Of a stretch of DNA of 64,000 nucleotides, positions 30,938 through 40,837 are shown one piece after another (positions within the stretch are counted from its first letter, which is position 1; the number at the start of each line of letters is the position of its first letter). Under the pieces are notes generated by a model. The model worked only from the letters and a program-made list of their open reading frames with translations, searched no databases and was not told the origin of the DNA. The stretch lies in the NCBI GenBank assembly GCA_963664405.1, contig OY761158.1, forward strand, positions 3,584,001 to 3,648,000. Reading direction: 5' to 3'. Origin of the DNA: Thermoanaerobaculia bacterium (GTDB lineage Bacteria; Acidobacteriota; Thermoanaerobaculia; Multivoradales; Multivoraceae). The translations under genes were made by a program, and so were the position numbers.

Positions 30938-32022
30938 TGGGTGGACTTCTCGAAGGGGTGCGAGAGGCGCTCGGCGACACTCTCTTCTTCTATGCGTTCT
31001 CGCCGCTGGTGAAGATCGTGGTGGTGATGTTCATTCTCGTCCTGCCCTTGGTGACGGCGATGATCCTGATCGAGCGCAAGCTGCTCGGCTTCATGCAGTT
31101 TCGCACCGGCCCCAACCGAGTTGGGCCCTGGGGGCTGCTACAACCCTTTGCCGACGTGATCAAGCTGCTCGGGAAGGAAGACGTCATCCCGAGAGAGGCC
31201 GTCAAATGGGCTTTTCTGCTCGCTCCGTGTCTGGTCGTCGGGCCGATGTTCGTCATCTTTGCGGTCATTCCCTTCGGCCCGCCCGGCGAAGGAGAGAGTC
31301 TCAATTTCTTCATCACCGATCTGAATGTAGCGGCGCTCTTCATTCTGGCGATGGCCACCTTGGGGGTGTACGGCATCATCATCGCTGGCTGGGCCTCCAA
31401 CTCGAAGTTCTCACTGATGGGTGGACTTCGCGCGGCGGCACAGATGGTCTCCTACGAGGTCCCTCAGGGCCTGAGTGTGGTCGGCCCTCTGATCCTTGCC
31501 GGCTCGATGTCGATGGTGGACATCGTCGAGGCGCAGAGGGAGGCTCAGATATGGTTCATCTTCCCGCAGTTCCTGGCCTTCTTCGTCTATCTGGTGGCCG
31601 GAGTGGCGGAGACCAACCGTAATCCCTTCGATCTTCCCGAAGCCGAGACCGAGCTTGTCGCCGGCTTCCACACCGAGTACACCGGCATGCGCTTCGCGCT
31701 GTTCTTCCTCGGTGAGTACGGCAATATGGTGGTCATCTCGGCAGTCGCCAGCATCCTCTTTCTGGGGGGCTGGATGAGGCCTTTCCCGAACGTCGAGGCT
31801 CTCGCCTTTCTCGACGGGGCATGGCTGGGTCCGCTGGCGATGTTTGTGCCTCTGCTCTGGTTCTTCGTCAAGATCATGATCTTCATGCTGATCTATGTTT
31901 GGTTCCGCGGCACCTTTCCGCGCTACCGCTTCGATCAGCTGATGGCGCTGGGGTGGAAGTGGCTTCTTCCGCTCGCCCTCCTCAACATTTTCCTAACCGG
32001 CCTGATCAAGCTCGTTGTCTAG
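30937..32022 (+). CDS. nuoH: NADH-quinone oxidoreductase subunit H
   Basis: 'GPNRVGPWG', 'ETNRNPFDLPEAE', 'PRYRFDQLM'. Confidence 0.97.
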   Translation: MGGLLEGVREALGDTLFFYAFSPLVKIVVVMFILVLPLVTAMILIERKLLGFMQFRTGPNRVGPWGLLQPFADVIKLLGKEDVIPREAVKWAFLLAPCLVVGPMFVIFAVIPFGPPGEGESLNFFITDLNVAALFILAMATLGVYGIIIAGWASNSKFSLMGGLRAAAQMVSYEVPQGLSVVGPLILAGSMSMVDIVEAQREAQIWFIFPQFLAFFVYLVAGVAETNRNPFDLPEAETELVAGFHTEYTGMRFALFFLGEYGNMVVISAVASILFLGGWMRPFPNVEALAFLDGAWLGPLAMFVPLLWFFVKIMIFMLIYVWFRGTFPRYRFDQLMALGWKWLLPLALLNIFLTGLIKLVV

Positions 32023-32058
32023 CGAGTCGACTGCGGAAAAATTCAACATGGAGCCTAG

Positions 32059-32538
32059 ATGAGCGCTGTACGAAACTTCTTGGATCGGGTCATGCTCCTG
32101 GACCTCTTCGCCGGTTTGGGGATCACCTTTCGCAACCTGTTCAAAAAGAAAGTGACGGTGCAGTATCCGGAATCGCGGCGTGAGCCCTCGGATCGCTTCC
32201 GCGGCATGTTCCGCTTGGACGAGGATCGCTGCATCAAGTGCACCATCTGTTTTCGCGACTGCCCCATCGACATCATCTACATCGACTGGCATCAGCAGGT
32301 AAACGAGGAGACAGGGAAGAAAGAGAAGGTGCTCGACCGCTTCGACATCGACATTCAACGCTGCATGTTCTGTGGTCTGTGCGAAGAGGGCTGCCCGACC
32401 GAGCCAAAATCGATCTGGCTCACTACCAAGACCTACGAGCTCGCAAGCTATGAGCGTTGGAACAATCTCTACGTCGACATGGAAGGGCTTCAGAATTGGA
32501 AGGTACGCCCCTCCTACACCGACGAGGAGATCGCCTGA
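32059..32538 (+). CDS. nuoI: NADH-quinone oxidoreductase subunit I
   Basis: 'TVQYPE', two CxxCxxCxxxCP motifs. Confidence 0.95.
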   Translation: MSAVRNFLDRVMLLDLFAGLGITFRNLFKKKVTVQYPESRREPSDRFRGMFRLDEDRCIKCTICFRDCPIDIIYIDWHQQVNEETGKKEKVLDRFDIDIQRCMFCGLCEEGCPTEPKSIWLTTKTYELASYERWNNLYVDMEGLQNWKVRPSYTDEEIA

Positions 32539-32557
32539 GCCGCGGAGGGGGAGTCGG

Positions 32558-33088
32558 ATGGAAGGTCTGATCTCTGGAGAGGTGATCCTCTTCTACGTCT
32601 TCGCAGCCGCGGCGCTTGTTGCCGCGGTTGGCGTGATCAGCATGCGCAATCCCATGTACAGCGCGATCTGCTTACTGGCGTGCTTTGTTGCGGTGGCGGT
32701 TCTCTTTCTTCTCCGACACGCCGAGTTTCTCGGCGTGGTTCAGCTCTTCGTCTATGGCGGCGGGATCATGGTCCTCTTCCTTTTCGTGATCATGTTGGTC
32801 AATTTTTCGCAGCTCAAAGAGGTCGATCTCTACGTCGGTCACTCTCGGGCCGCGGCGCTGCTGGTCTTGGTGATGGCCTCTTTCTTTGTTGCCCTCCTGG
32901 TCGGCGTAGATCTCGGTCCGGCTTTTACCGAGCCCCTCGCCTTCCTCAGCGTCGAGGGCGAAGTGATGGGTAATTCGCAAGCGGTGGCGTGGAGCTTGTA
33001 TCGCGACTACCTTCTGCCCTTCGAGATTGCCTCGATCTTCCTGCTCGTGGCGATGATCGGGGCCGTGGTTCTGGGGCGTGAGCACTAG
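32558..33088 (+). CDS. nuoJ: NADH-quinone oxidoreductase subunit J
   Basis: 'VYGGGIMVLFLFVIML', 'YLLPFEIAS'; start at ATG 32558. Confidence 0.94.
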   Translation: MEGLISGEVILFYVFAAAALVAAVGVISMRNPMYSAICLLACFVAVAVLFLLRHAEFLGVVQLFVYGGGIMVLFLFVIMLVNFSQLKEVDLYVGHSRAAALLVLVMASFFVALLVGVDLGPAFTEPLAFLSVEGEVMGNSQAVAWSLYRDYLLPFEIASIFLLVAMIGAVVLGREH

Positions 33089-33126
33089 GTGATGGCTATG
33101 GACTGGACCTCGCACGGGGATGGGCG

Positions 33127-33435
33127 ATGACTGAGATCACCACCAACCACTACATGGTGGTGAGCTTCCTGCTCTTCTCGATCGGCATTCTCGGTGTCAT
33201 GACCCGACGCAACCTGATCGTGGTGCTGATGTCGATCGAGTTGATTCTGAACGCAGTGAATATCAACCTCATCAGCTTCTCCTACCAGCACTCCGATCTA
33301 ACCGGGCAGATCTTCGCGATCTTCACCATCTGCGTTGCCGCCGGTGAGGCAGCGGTGGGACTGGGAATACTCCTGGCGCTCTACCGTCTACGCCACAGCA
33401 CCGAGATCGATAGGGCCGTGGAGCTCGAGGGGTAG
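33127..33435 (+). CDS. nuoK: NADH-quinone oxidoreductase subunit K
   Basis: 'LMSIELILN', 'VAAGEAAVGL'. Confidence 0.96.
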   Translation: MTEITTNHYMVVSFLLFSIGILGVMTRRNLIVVLMSIELILNAVNINLISFSYQHSDLTGQIFAIFTICVAAGEAAVGLGILLALYRLRHSTEIDRAVELEG

Positions 33436-33441
33436 GCCGGT

Positions 33442-35529
33442 ATGAAGGAATTCGTCTGGCTCATCCCCCTGATCCCGCTCGTGGGAGCCTTTCTCAACGG
33501 TGTGGTGCTCAGAAACCGGCTCAGCCGCCCCCAGGTGGGCTGGCTGGCAGTAACCGCGGTGGGGCTAGCCTGCGTCCTATCGATAGCCGCGGTAGCTAGC
33601 TACATGGGTAGCCCGGAGCATCACGAGCACACCAGCTTCGAGGTAGAGCTCTACGACTGGGTCCCGGCCGGTGATCTCGAGGTGGCATCCGAAGAGGGCG
33701 CACTTCGAGACTTCAGCGTTTCTCTCGGCTTCATGCTCGACCCTCTGTCCTCGGTGATGATCCTCTTTGTCACCTTCGTTGGCACCCTGATCCACATCTA
33801 CTCCATCGGCTATATGGCCCACGAAGATGGCTTTCAGCGCTACTTCACCTACCTGAACCTGTTTATGGGGGCGATGCTCACCCTCATTCTGGGCAACAAC
33901 TATCTGGTGATGTTCGTTGGCTGGGAAGGTGTCGGTTTCTGCTCCTATCTGCTCATAGGTTTTTATTATCAGGAGGAGTTTCCCCCCTACGCCGGCAGGA
34001 AGGCCTTTATCGTCAACCGAATCGGCGATCTCGGGTTCATGGTCGGGCTGCTCGCGCTGGTCTCCAATTTTGGGTCGCTCCGCTACAGCGAGCTGTTCGC
34101 GACGGTAGCGGCGAACATCGAGCTTGCCGAGTCGGACTACGTGCTTGGAATGAGCGTGGTGGGTTTCATCACACTGTGTCTCTTCATCGGCGCTGCCGGC
34201 AAGAGCGCCCAGATCCCGCTCTTCGTTTGGCTGCCCGACGCCATGGCCGGTCCCACGCCGGTGTCTGCGCTGATCCACGCCGCCACCATGGTGACCGCGG
34301 GGGTCTACATGTTGGCTCGCTCCAACGTGCTCTTCCAGTTGGCCGGCGGTACCTCTCAGCTGGTGGCCATTATTGGTTGCGCGACCGCCTTGATGGCGGC
34401 CACGATCGCACTAGCCCAGACCGACATCAAGAAAGTACTCGCCTACTCGACGGTCTCGCAGCTCGGGTACATGTTTCTTGCATGCGGCGTCGGGGCTTAT
34501 GTCGCTGCCATCTTTCACGTCTTCACCCACGCCTTCTTCAAGGCTCTACTCTTCCTCGGCTCCGGGTCGGTCATCCACGCGATGGGCGGTGAGCAGGACA
34601 TGCGACAGATGGGCGGGCTGCGCAAGTTCATGCCGGTGACCTATAAGACTTTTCTCGTCGGCACCATAGCCATTGCCGGGATTCCGCCGCTGGCGGGGTT
34701 CTTCTCAAAGGATGAGATCTTGGCGGAGACCTTCCTCGGCGGGCATTACATTCTGTGGATCGTGGGCCTCATCACCGCCGGGCTCACTGCGCTCTACATG
34801 TTCCGAGCGGTCTACCTCACTTTCCATGGAGGGTTCCGTGGCACCGCCGAGCAGCGCAATCACCTCCACGAGTCGCCGACGTTGATGACCATGCCGCTGG
34901 TGGTGCTGGCAGTGGGAGCCGTGATCGCGGGCCTCTTCGGCATCCCGGAGGGAATGCTCTTCAACGCAGTCGAAGGTAGCAATCTCTTCCATCACTTCCT
35001 CGAGCCGGTGATCGCCGAGCTCCCGGGGCACGGCGAGCACGGGCATTTGAGCCTCGGCGTCGAGTGGATTCTGATCCTCGTTTCGGTGGCTGTCGCGGTC
35101 TTCGGCATTCTTGCCGCCTGGCGCAACTACGGTGGCCCGGTCGGACTCGGCCATGGCGAAGAGTGGGCTCGCCGCTTTCCGGGGATCCACCGCGTTTTGG
35201 TCAACAAGTACAGCGTCGACGAGTTCTACGATGCGACCGTCGTACGCGGAACCTGGGGGCTAGCTCGTCAGCTCTTTCGATTCGATGGAGCGGTTATCGA
35301 CGGAATTGTCATGATGGTTCGCCATGTCACGGTGGGTGTCGCGCTGTTGTCGGGCTTTTTCGACAAGTACGTCGTCGATGGCCTGGTCAATCTTGTGGCT
35401 TGGGTTCTCAATCGATTTTCTCGCATGCTCAGGAAGGTGCAGTCCGGCCTCGTCTCCCAGTACGCCCTCGTGGTGGTAGTGGGTGTTCTGATGCTGGTCT
35501 TCGCCGCCGTGATTCTGCGATCTCAGTAG
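33442..35529 (+). CDS. nuoL: NADH-quinone oxidoreductase subunit L
   Basis: 'GKSAQIPL.VWLPDAMAGPTPVSALIHAATMV'. Confidence 0.97.
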   Translation: MKEFVWLIPLIPLVGAFLNGVVLRNRLSRPQVGWLAVTAVGLACVLSIAAVASYMGSPEHHEHTSFEVELYDWVPAGDLEVASEEGALRDFSVSLGFMLDPLSSVMILFVTFVGTLIHIYSIGYMAHEDGFQRYFTYLNLFMGAMLTLILGNNYLVMFVGWEGVGFCSYLLIGFYYQEEFPPYAGRKAFIVNRIGDLGFMVGLLALVSNFGSLRYSELFATVAANIELAESDYVLGMSVVGFITLCLFIGAAGKSAQIPLFVWLPDAMAGPTPVSALIHAATMVTAGVYMLARSNVLFQLAGGTSQLVAIIGCATALMAATIALAQTDIKKVLAYSTVSQLGYMFLACGVGAYVAAIFHVFTHAFFKALLFLGSGSVIHAMGGEQDMRQMGGLRKFMPVTYKTFLVGTIAIAGIPPLAGFFSKDEILAETFLGGHYILWIVGLITAGLTALYMFRAVYLTFHGGFRGTAEQRNHLHESPTLMTMPLVVLAVGAVIAGLFGIPEGMLFNAVEGSNLFHHFLEPVIAELPGHGEHGHLSLGVEWILILVSVAVAVFGILAAWRNYGGPVGLGHGEEWARRFPGIHRVLVNKYSVDEFYDATVVRGTWGLARQLFRFDGAVIDGIVMMVRHVTVGVALLSGFFDKYVVDGLVNLVAWVLNRFSRMLRKVQSGLVSQYALVVVVGVLMLVFAAVILRSQ

Positions 35530-35551
35530 TGGCTCAGGGGCGGAGGAAACC

Positions 35552-37159
35552 ATGTTCGACTGGCTCGCCGACACTCACATTCTAAGTATCGTCGCCTACA
35601 TTCCGCTGGTAGGCGCGATCTTTATCATCGCCTTCGTGCGCGGATCCGACGCGGTGAGGGTGCGAAACATCGCCACCGGAGTCGCATTCGTCGATTTCCT
35701 CGTATCTCTACCGCTGTGGTTCTCCTTCGATCCAGACGGCGAGCTGTTTCAGTTCCGCGAGAGTCACGAGTGGATCTCCGCCATCGGTGTGCGCTACGAG
35801 TTCGGAATCGACGGTATCTCGCTCTTGATGGTGTTGCTCACGACTTTACTCGGAGTCCTCGCCATCCTCTCTTCCTGGACCGCGGTCAAAGAACGCCAGA
35901 AGGAGTACTACGTCTTCTTGCTCCTCTTGCAGACCGGCATGCTCGGGGTGTTCATGGCGATGGACTTCTTCCTTTTCTATGTGTTCTGGGAAGTCATGCT
36001 GGTCCCGATGTACTTCCTCATCGGCATCTGGGGCGGGCCGCGGAAGCTTTACGCGGCGATCAAGTTCTTCCTCTACACCCTTGCCGGCTCGGTGGTGATG
36101 CTTCTCGGCATTCTGGCCCTGTTCTTTTTCAACCAGGACGGTCTCCTCGGCCATCAGGGGATGGGAAACGAGGCCTCCTTCTCGATCCTGCAATTCCACG
36201 AGATCGGCGCCCAGATACCGGCGGGCCTGCAGTTCTGGATCTTTCTTGCCTTCTTCGTCAGCTTTGCGATCAAGGTCCCCATGTTCCCTTTCCACACTTG
36301 GCTGCCTGATGCTCATGTCGAAGCGCCGACAGCCGGGTCGGTGATCCTGGCTGGAGTTCTCCTCAAGATGGGGACCTATGGCTTCGTTCGCTTCTCGCTG
36401 CCTATCCTGCCTGACGCGACCTGGCAGCTCCTTCCGTGGATGGCCGGCCTATCGATTGTCGGCATCGTCTACGGTGGCCTCGTCGCGATGGCGCAGAAGG
36501 ACATGAAGAAGCTGGTGGCCTACTCGTCGGTGAGTCATCTCGGTTTCGTGATGCTTGGGCTGTTCGCGCTGAATGGGCCAGGGGTCAACGGGTCGATCCT
36601 CCAAATGATCAATCATGGTTTATCGACCGGCGCCCTCTTCCTCCTCGTCGGCATCATCTACGAGCGCCGCCACACCCGCATGATTTCGGAGTATGGAGGC
36701 ATCTCGAAGAAGATGCCGGTCTTCGCCACCTACTTCTTGATCATCACCATGGCTTCCATCGGACTACCGACGCTCAACGGTTTCGTTGGCGAGTTCACGA
36801 TCCTGGTCGGTGTCTTCAATCGCAGCTGGGTCTGGGCAACATTCGGCGCACTCGGCATCGTTCTTGGCGCCGCTTATATGTTGTGGATGTATCAGCGGGT
36901 CTTCTTCGGGCCGATGGATAACCCTGACAACGAATCGCTGGAAGACATGAATCGGAGAGAGGTCCTCTATATCTTGCCGTTGGTCATTCTGTGCTTCTGG
37001 ATCGGGCTCTACCCGAAACCCTTCTTCCGTATTCTCGAGAAGCCCGTCGACTATGTAGTGGCCAGGGTCAACGGTGATTCCGTGGCAGCGACGGCGGCCC
37101 TGCCGGGGTCGGTCGCACCGACCGCGCCCCCCGTCGCTCTTGCCGAGGTCGAGGAGTAG
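35552..37159 (+). CDS. nuoM: NADH-quinone oxidoreductase subunit M
   Basis: 'FPFHTWLPDAHVEAPT', 'LLKMG.YG'. Confidence 0.97.
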   Translation: MFDWLADTHILSIVAYIPLVGAIFIIAFVRGSDAVRVRNIATGVAFVDFLVSLPLWFSFDPDGELFQFRESHEWISAIGVRYEFGIDGISLLMVLLTTLLGVLAILSSWTAVKERQKEYYVFLLLLQTGMLGVFMAMDFFLFYVFWEVMLVPMYFLIGIWGGPRKLYAAIKFFLYTLAGSVVMLLGILALFFFNQDGLLGHQGMGNEASFSILQFHEIGAQIPAGLQFWIFLAFFVSFAIKVPMFPFHTWLPDAHVEAPTAGSVILAGVLLKMGTYGFVRFSLPILPDATWQLLPWMAGLSIVGIVYGGLVAMAQKDMKKLVAYSSVSHLGFVMLGLFALNGPGVNGSILQMINHGLSTGALFLLVGIIYERRHTRMISEYGGISKKMPVFATYFLIITMASIGLPTLNGFVGEFTILVGVFNRSWVWATFGALGIVLGAAYMLWMYQRVFFGPMDNPDNESLEDMNRREVLYILPLVILCFWIGLYPKPFFRILEKPVDYVVARVNGDSVAATAALPGSVAPTAPPVALAEVEE

Positions 37160-37162
37160 CCG

Positions 37163-38623
37163 GTGGCGGGCATGAGCCCACAGGATTTTCTCCTCCTCGG
37201 TCCCGAGATCCTGCTCGCGGCCCTTGGGCTGATCCTCTTGTTGTGGGGGGCTCTGGCCGACAAGGGCGCCGGGAATCGCGCGTGTTCAACCTTCGCGTTC
37301 CTCAGCTTGGTGGTGACGATGATCTACGTCACCGTCCAACATATGAGTCTCGAAGGTCCGACCCGAATCTTGGCTGACAGCTTCATTCTCGACGGCTTTT
37401 CTTTCGTTTGGAAGATCATGGTTCTGCTGGCGGTGGCGCTTACCGTGCTGCTCTCGCAGCGTTTCGTCGAGGACGGCGGGTATCGACCCGGCGAGTACTA
37501 CTCACTGCTGCTCTATGCCGCGACCGGCATGATGTTCATGGCCAGCGGCTTCAACCTGATCTCGATTTGGATCTCCTTGGAGCTGATGGCCCTGTCGAGC
37601 TACATCATGGCCGGCTACTTCAAGCGCGAGCTGAAGTCGAACGAGGCGGCGCTCAAGTATTTTGTGCTCGGAGCTCTATCTAGCGGTGTCATGCTTTACG
37701 GGATGTCCCTTCTCTATGGCGGGACCGGTTCCATTCAGCTCGAGGGAATAGCGTCTGCTATCGCGGCGGCAGAGTCGCCGAGTCTGCTGGTGGTGATGGG
37801 CTGGGTTCTCCTCGTGGTCGGCCTTCTGTTCAAAGTAGCGGCCGTTCCCTTTCACGTATGGGCACCCGATGTTTACGTCGGTGCGCCAACGCCGGTCACT
37901 GCCTTCTTGGCCGTCGCTTCGAAGACCGCCTCGTTTGCCATCCTCGTGCGCATCCTCTACCAGGGGCTACCGGGTCTGAGGGTGGATTGGCAGATCATCC
38001 TGGCAGCGGTAGCTGTTGTCACCATGGTATGGGGCAACTTGGCGGCGCTCACCCAAGACAACGTCAAACGTCTGTTGGCCTACTCCTCGATCGCCCATGC
38101 CGGGTATGTGCTGGTCGGAGTGCTCGCGCTCAACGAGATCGGTCTTTGGGCGGTGGTCTACTACCTTCTCGCCTACGGCTTCATCACCATGGGCACCTTC
38201 GGCACCGTGATTCTGCTCGAGCGCAAGTCCTACGCAGGAGAGACCTGCGAGGACTACGCCGGTCTTGCCAGCCGGTCGCCCTTCCTGGCGGCGATGATGC
38301 TCGTTTTCATGCTGGCATTGACCGGCATCCCGCCGACCGGGGGTTTCGTAGGCAAGTTCTACCTCTTCGCGGCTGCCATTCAGGCCGGGTGGACATGGGT
38401 AGCCGTGATCGGCGTGCTGATGAGTGCGGTGTCGCTCTACTACTACTTCAGGATTGTCGTTTTCATGTACCAGAAGGAGACGACGGAGACCACGCCGGAG
38501 CCGCTGCGCGAGCCGGCCCTCGCCGGCGCAATTATTCTCTGCTTCGTGCTGACGCTCGTGCTCGGGTTGTATCCGGCCCCCTTCATCGAGTTCGCCAAGA
38601 CCGCACTCTTGCCGCTCCCCTAG
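37163..38623 (+). CDS. nuoN: NADH-quinone oxidoreductase subunit N
   Basis: 'EAALKYF', 'FKVAAVPFHVWAPDVY', 'LAYSSIAHAGY'. Confidence 0.96.
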   Translation: MAGMSPQDFLLLGPEILLAALGLILLLWGALADKGAGNRACSTFAFLSLVVTMIYVTVQHMSLEGPTRILADSFILDGFSFVWKIMVLLAVALTVLLSQRFVEDGGYRPGEYYSLLLYAATGMMFMASGFNLISIWISLELMALSSYIMAGYFKRELKSNEAALKYFVLGALSSGVMLYGMSLLYGGTGSIQLEGIASAIAAAESPSLLVVMGWVLLVVGLLFKVAAVPFHVWAPDVYVGAPTPVTAFLAVASKTASFAILVRILYQGLPGLRVDWQIILAAVAVVTMVWGNLAALTQDNVKRLLAYSSIAHAGYVLVGVLALNEIGLWAVVYYLLAYGFITMGTFGTVILLERKSYAGETCEDYAGLASRSPFLAAMMLVFMLALTGIPPTGGFVGKFYLFAAAIQAGWTWVAVIGVLMSAVSLYYYFRIVVFMYQKETTETTPEPLREPALAGAIILCFVLTLVLGLYPAPFIEFAKTALLPLP

Positions 38624-38649
38624 GGGGCGCAGCCAGCTAAGATGGTGGG

Positions 38650-38922
38650 GTGGCGGAGTCCAGGCCCAGGGAAAGCAAAGCTCGCGGTCGCTTCCGAATA
38701 CTCGATCTCTCAGCTGTAGGTATCGCATTTCCTGTTGCCCTGTTGCTCGGTTATTTTGCCGGGCGCACAGTCGGCGGCTGGTTCGGAGCCGAGAGGATGG
38801 GGGCCCTCATCGGTACCCTCCTGGGTATCGTCAGCGGTTTCTACAATTTCTTCAAGATGATCGTCAGGCTGGCACCGCCTCTACCGCCGAAGGGCGATTC
38901 TGACGATGGCGAGGGTAGCTGA
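38650..38922 (+). CDS. AtpZ/AtpI-family small membrane protein
   Basis: Two TM helices with 'G..LG...G' pattern; position before atpB. Confidence 0.75.
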   Translation: MAESRPRESKARGRFRILDLSAVGIAFPVALLLGYFAGRTVGGWFGAERMGALIGTLLGIVSGFYNFFKMIVRLAPPLPPKGDSDDGEGS

Positions 38923-39316
38923 GCTCACCCAGCCGGCGCGGATTCTCGCCCGCATCGAGCGAGTCGCGGCTGTGCTCGGAGCGCTTGGAGCGCTGCTGTA
39001 TCTGCTGCGCTCGCCAGCGGGCGCCCTTGTCTTGACTCTAACTGCCGCCGCGAGTATCGTTGCGTTTCACGGCCTCCAGGGCCTTGTAGGTGGGCTTGGA
39101 GCCGGCTCCGATACAAAAGTCGATCAACGAAGCAAGGGCCTTGTCTGGCTTCGTTTCTGCCTGTTACTAGTTATCCCTCTCACCTCACTCTGGCTGGATG
39201 CTGAACTAGCACTGTCGCTGTTGCTGGGTTTCTCTGTGATTCCGCTGTCGTTTATAGGTGAGGGTTTTTTCCAACTTTTCCTTTCACTGATGTCAAGGGG
39301 AGAGAATGGCAGCTGA
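38906..39316 (+). CDS. ATP synthase I-like membrane protein
   Basis: Four TM helices; overlaps atpB start. Confidence 0.65.
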   Translation: MARVAELTQPARILARIERVAAVLGALGALLYLLRSPAGALVLTLTAAASIVAFHGLQGLVGGLGAGSDTKVDQRSKGLVWLRFCLLLVIPLTSLWLDAELALSLLLGFSVIPLSFIGEGFFQLFLSLMSRGENGS

Positions 39317-40034
39317 GGGCGGCGCGGTCACGCATAACTCGGTTCTGTATGGACCGGTGAACAGGGTTTGGGAAGCTACCGGGCTCGCCGAGTCGCTCGG
39401 GGCTCACGAGGTTCCCGACCATGTAATCGGGGCGGGGCTGGTCATGGTGCTGTGCGCCGTGGTTTTCATTCCTCTGTCGGGGAGACTGAAGCTCGAGAAT
39501 CCGGGGAAAGGTCAGCAGCTGCTGGAATTGGTGGTCCTCGGCCTCAAGAACTTGATGGAAGACGTCATCGGCCAGGGCGCGGCGCGGCGCTTCATGCCGA
39601 TGATTGGAGCACTCGCAGTCTTCATCTTTCTCTGCAACATTCTCGGGCTCTTCTTTTTTCTCCAGCCACCGACGCAGAACACCAATACCACTTTCGCCCT
39701 GTCGATCACGGCTTGGTGCTACTACCACTTTGTCGGGCTGCGCAAGCACGGTCTCCACTACTTCAAACAGTTCCTCGGTCCCATTCCCGCCCTCTTCTTT
39801 CTGTTCATACCCATTGAGCTCATTAGTCACTTGGCGCGGGCTCTATCGCTGGGGCTGCGTCTGTTCGGCAACATCTTCGGCGAGCATCTGGCGGCGTCGG
39901 TGTTCTTCCTGATTCCTTTCATCGTTCCCTTTCCGATGATGGCGCTGGGGGTCTTCGGTGCGACCCTGCAGGCCTTCATCTTCTGCATGCTAACCATGGT
40001 GTATATCGCTGGTGCCGAAGCGGACGAGCACTGA
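39306..40034 (+). CDS. atpB: F0 ATP synthase subunit a
   Basis: 'SLGLRLFGNIFGEH', 'LQAFIF.ML'. Confidence 0.96.
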   Translation: MAAEGGAVTHNSVLYGPVNRVWEATGLAESLGAHEVPDHVIGAGLVMVLCAVVFIPLSGRLKLENPGKGQQLLELVVLGLKNLMEDVIGQGAARRFMPMIGALAVFIFLCNILGLFFFLQPPTQNTNTTFALSITAWCYYHFVGLRKHGLHYFKQFLGPIPALFFLFIPIELISHLARALSLGLRLFGNIFGEHLAASVFFLIPFIVPFPMMALGVFGATLQAFIFCMLTMVYIAGAEADEH

Positions 40035-40093
40035 CTCCCCGCCGGGTAGGCATTAGCCGGTGATCTGCACCTTCTTCGAGGAGGAGTGAAATT

Positions 40094-40411
40094 ATGAGTA
40101 AGAGACTTCTCGGTCTCGCGTTACTCACGCTGTTGGCTCTGGCCACAGCCGGCCCAGTTTGGGCACAGGACGGTGATCACGGTGGGGATGTCGATTGGGG
40201 CATTCTCGGTGCGGCATTCGCGATCGCCATCGCAGCCGCGGCCGGTGCTTCCGGTCAAGGCAGGGCGGTCGCAGCAGCGGTGTCGGCTTTGGCGCGCAAC
40301 CCTGGGGCGGCCGGCGACATCCGCTTCGCCCTGATTCTGGGCCTTGCGTTGATCGAGTCCCTGGTCATCTACGCGCTGATCATTGCCTTGCGTGGCGCTG
40401 CATTCTTTTAG
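40094..40411 (+). CDS. atpE: F0 ATP synthase subunit c with N-terminal signal-like extension
   Basis: 'ARNP', 'LIESLVIY'; GAGGAG RBS. Confidence 0.95.
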   Translation: MSKRLLGLALLTLLALATAGPVWAQDGDHGGDVDWGILGAAFAIAIAAAAGASGQGRAVAAAVSALARNPGAAGDIRFALILGLALIESLVIYALIIALRGAAFF

Positions 40412-40473
40412 GCGCCAGCGGGACATACAAGACCTGGCCGTTCCGAGGATTCCCCGGTGCGGTCATCTGCTAG

Positions 40474-40502
40474 AGCCGGGCGCGCAGGCGTCCGGCTTTT
40501 TT
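40474..40502 (+). terminator. Intrinsic terminator after atpE
   Basis: AGCCGGGCGC-gcag-GCGTCCGGCT followed by a T-run. Confidence 0.8.
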
Positions 40503-40515
40503 CTTGGTACGCAGT

Positions 40516-40544
40516 GGAACCTATTCTCGTCTTCTTGCTTCTAA
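40516..40544 (+). promoter_or_regulatory. Candidate ECF-type promoter
   Basis: GGAACCT-N17-TCTAA upstream of the ECF sigma gene. Confidence 0.4.
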
Positions 40545-40781
40545 CTAGAGTAGGAGCCGTGAGAGAGACGTACACCAACGCCACACCCTGCCGGGAAATG
40601 GGGCGGCCTCCAATGAGATCGTCGCAGGGGCGCACTGTTCTCAGACGTGGACGCCAAATCGGCGCCTCCGCAATCGCCGAGCGCGACCGTGGCGCTCCCG
40701 CTCGCGCTCCAGTACCGCGGCTGCTGCCTTTAGACGCACTGTTTCGCCAGGAGTTTTCGGTGTGGATTAGACCGATCCTTT

Positions 40782-40796
40782 TGGCATCGATCGTGC
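40782..40796 (+). promoter_or_regulatory. Candidate sigma54 -24/-12 promoter
   Basis: TGGCATCGATCGTGC (GG-N10-GC), about 40 nt before the sigma start codon. Confidence 0.4.
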
Positions 40797-40837
40797 GTAT
40801 TCTAGAGTGAACAGCGGCGAACTCTGCCGGAGATGTG

